Virus record (IMG/VR): IMGVR_UViG_3300042868_007959
Span: 1-64,000 of that record
Strand: one strand, 5' to 3'
DNA: 64,000 nucleotides
The notes beneath the pieces are model-generated. The model ran no database searches, was not told where the DNA came from, and saw only the letters and a program-made list of their open reading frames with translations. A program made the position numbers and the translations under genes. Positions 63,077-64,000 of the stretch are shown piece after piece (positions within the stretch are counted from its first letter, which is position 1; the number at the start of each line of letters is the position of its first letter).

Positions 63077-63493
63077 TTAAGTTAATTGATTTGCGGGTCC
63101 TCTAGCAGGCTCAACCGACCACGGTGAGCTATCTATTGGATTCGCAACTCCCCTATTTACATCTTTAAGAGGCCAAACAGTAGAAGATCCACCAGCAGGT
63201 GCACCTTCATCCTCCTCGTCTAATATTTCTTCATCAGTATAATCATCAATACCGATACCATATTCAGTTACGACAAGTCCGTACCCACCTTCTTTATCAT
63301 AGTACCCTAAATAGATATCATTATCATCATACACTACTGTTTCGTATGCATTACTATCAAACCTAAGTCTTTTAGGTTCACCATTAACCCATTTAAGTAT
63401 TTTCTTATACCAACTTTTAGGATCTTTGATTGTTTCACCAAATTCCCTAATTAGTATTTTTTTATATTGACTTTCTGTAATTATTATTTTCAT
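63077..63493 (-). CDS. Hypothetical protein with leader MKIIITESQYKKILIRE
   Basis: ORF track; start adjusted. Confidence 0.8.
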   Translation of the reverse strand: MKIIITESQYKKILIREFGETIKDPKSWYKKILKWVNGEPKRLRFDSNAYETVVYDDNDIYLGYYDKEGGYGLVVTEYGIGIDDYTDEEILDEEDEGAPAGGSSTVWPLKDVNRGVANPIDSSPWSVEPARGPANQLT

Positions 63494-63843
63494 CACCAAT
63501 TTCTTTCTTTATTGTTAATAACATTTAGCAATTTAACTTTTATGTTTTTATTTCCAGTCATATCCATTATTTCCCCTTTTATATCATAGAAAAAACTACC
63601 TACATCTGCACTATCAAAAATAGAATCAATATAAATTATTAAACCAATTTCATTATCAAAAGAAGTTGCAACTTCGACATTTTCTACTATATCCAATATT
63701 TCACAATCAACATCCTCATCAGCATAATCCCAATCCTCATCTTCTGTAGCGTGTTCACACTTATCCCTTAAATTATTTAATGAGATGTCCACTATTTTTT
63801 GATAAACAGTTTTAAGTTGGTTTTCAGTTATTAAAACTTTCAT
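63493..63843 (-). CDS. Hypothetical protein with leader MKVLITENQL
   Basis: ORF track. Confidence 0.8.
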   Translation of the reverse strand: MKVLITENQLKTVYQKIVDISLNNLRDKCEHATEDEDWDYADEDVDCEILDIVENVEVATSFDNEIGLIIYIDSIFDSADVGSFFYDIKGEIMDMTGNKNIKVKLLNVINNKERNW

Positions 63844-64000
63844 TCTATTAATTTTATATAGGATTTATATTGATCTGGCGTCCAATCAGTTGAAAAATCA
63901 AATAAAGTATCTCTAGCCATATCCCTCACAAGTTCTGCATCATCCAAATCCCAATCCAAATCAGGAAACTGATTGGGGTATGTGTCCACTAACTCTATAT
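63840..64000 (-). CDS. C-terminal part of a gene entering from beyond the window
   Basis: Open frame ending ..YIKLIE-TGA, overlapping the next ATG. Confidence 0.7.
   Translation of the reverse strand, partial: IELVDTYPNQFPDLDWDLDDAELVRDMARDTLFDFSTDWTPDQYKSYIKLIE

Noticed and set aside
1-64000. Alternative genetic code (stop reassignment as in some large Bacteroidota phages)
   Set aside because: Known enzymes translate full-length in the standard code, gene packing is tight, and TAA, TAG and TGA all end genes
1-64000. T4-type TATAAATA late promoters
   Set aside because: The octamer is consistently on the antisense strand of the adjacent genes; the sense motif is TATTTAT for both plus- and minus-strand genes
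1-64000. tRNA or rRNA genes
   Set aside because: No cloverleaf with T-loop and D-loop consensus found by eye in the intergenic regions; tRNAscan-SE would confirm

Overview
This is a 64 kb segment of a strongly AT-rich, large (jumbo-type) tailed-phage genome using the standard code, with most genes on the minus strand. The host is almost certainly Bacteroidota, probably Flavobacteriales-like. Evidence: repeated TTTG-N19-20-TAnnTTTG promoters, no obvious Shine-Dalgarno sites, a Flavobacterium-like bS21, a Bacteroidota-type ECF sigma, and a CUB+GEVED surface protein with a T9SS-like C-terminus. No capsid, terminase or polymerase genes, tRNAs or CRISPR arrays were seen. Recognisable genes: GH19 endolysin, PAS-PAS histidine kinase plus stand-alone receiver, L,D-transpeptidase-like protein, two HNH-type endonucleases, GT8, thioesterase, thymidine kinase, IMPDH/GMPR, DenV-like glycosylase, DUF932, SLOG, DUF3310, bS21, ferritin, nucleotidyltransferase and an M20/M28-clan peptidase. 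Main discovery candidate: a large inferred virion-cargo system. About 29 unrelated proteins carry a short basic N-terminal leader ending in (I/L/V)-x-E, and many follow a TATTTAT promoter-like motif. Eight polyprotein-like ORFs, plus three single-module ORFs, are built of modules joined by (I/L/M)-x-E sites, mostly NE|S(V); one has 7 modules. This resembles T4 capsid-targeting sequences and gp21 prohead-protease sites, on a much larger scale. One cargo, an Ntn-hydrolase, has its nucleophile Cys directly after the LNE site, implying activation by cleavage. Second candidate: a two-component system sitting between lysis-type genes. A cluster of promoter-bearing structured non-coding segments, a G-quadruplex motif and an inverted-repeat-flanked promoter lie at 23.6-27.6 kb. 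All calls are by motif recognition without database searches.
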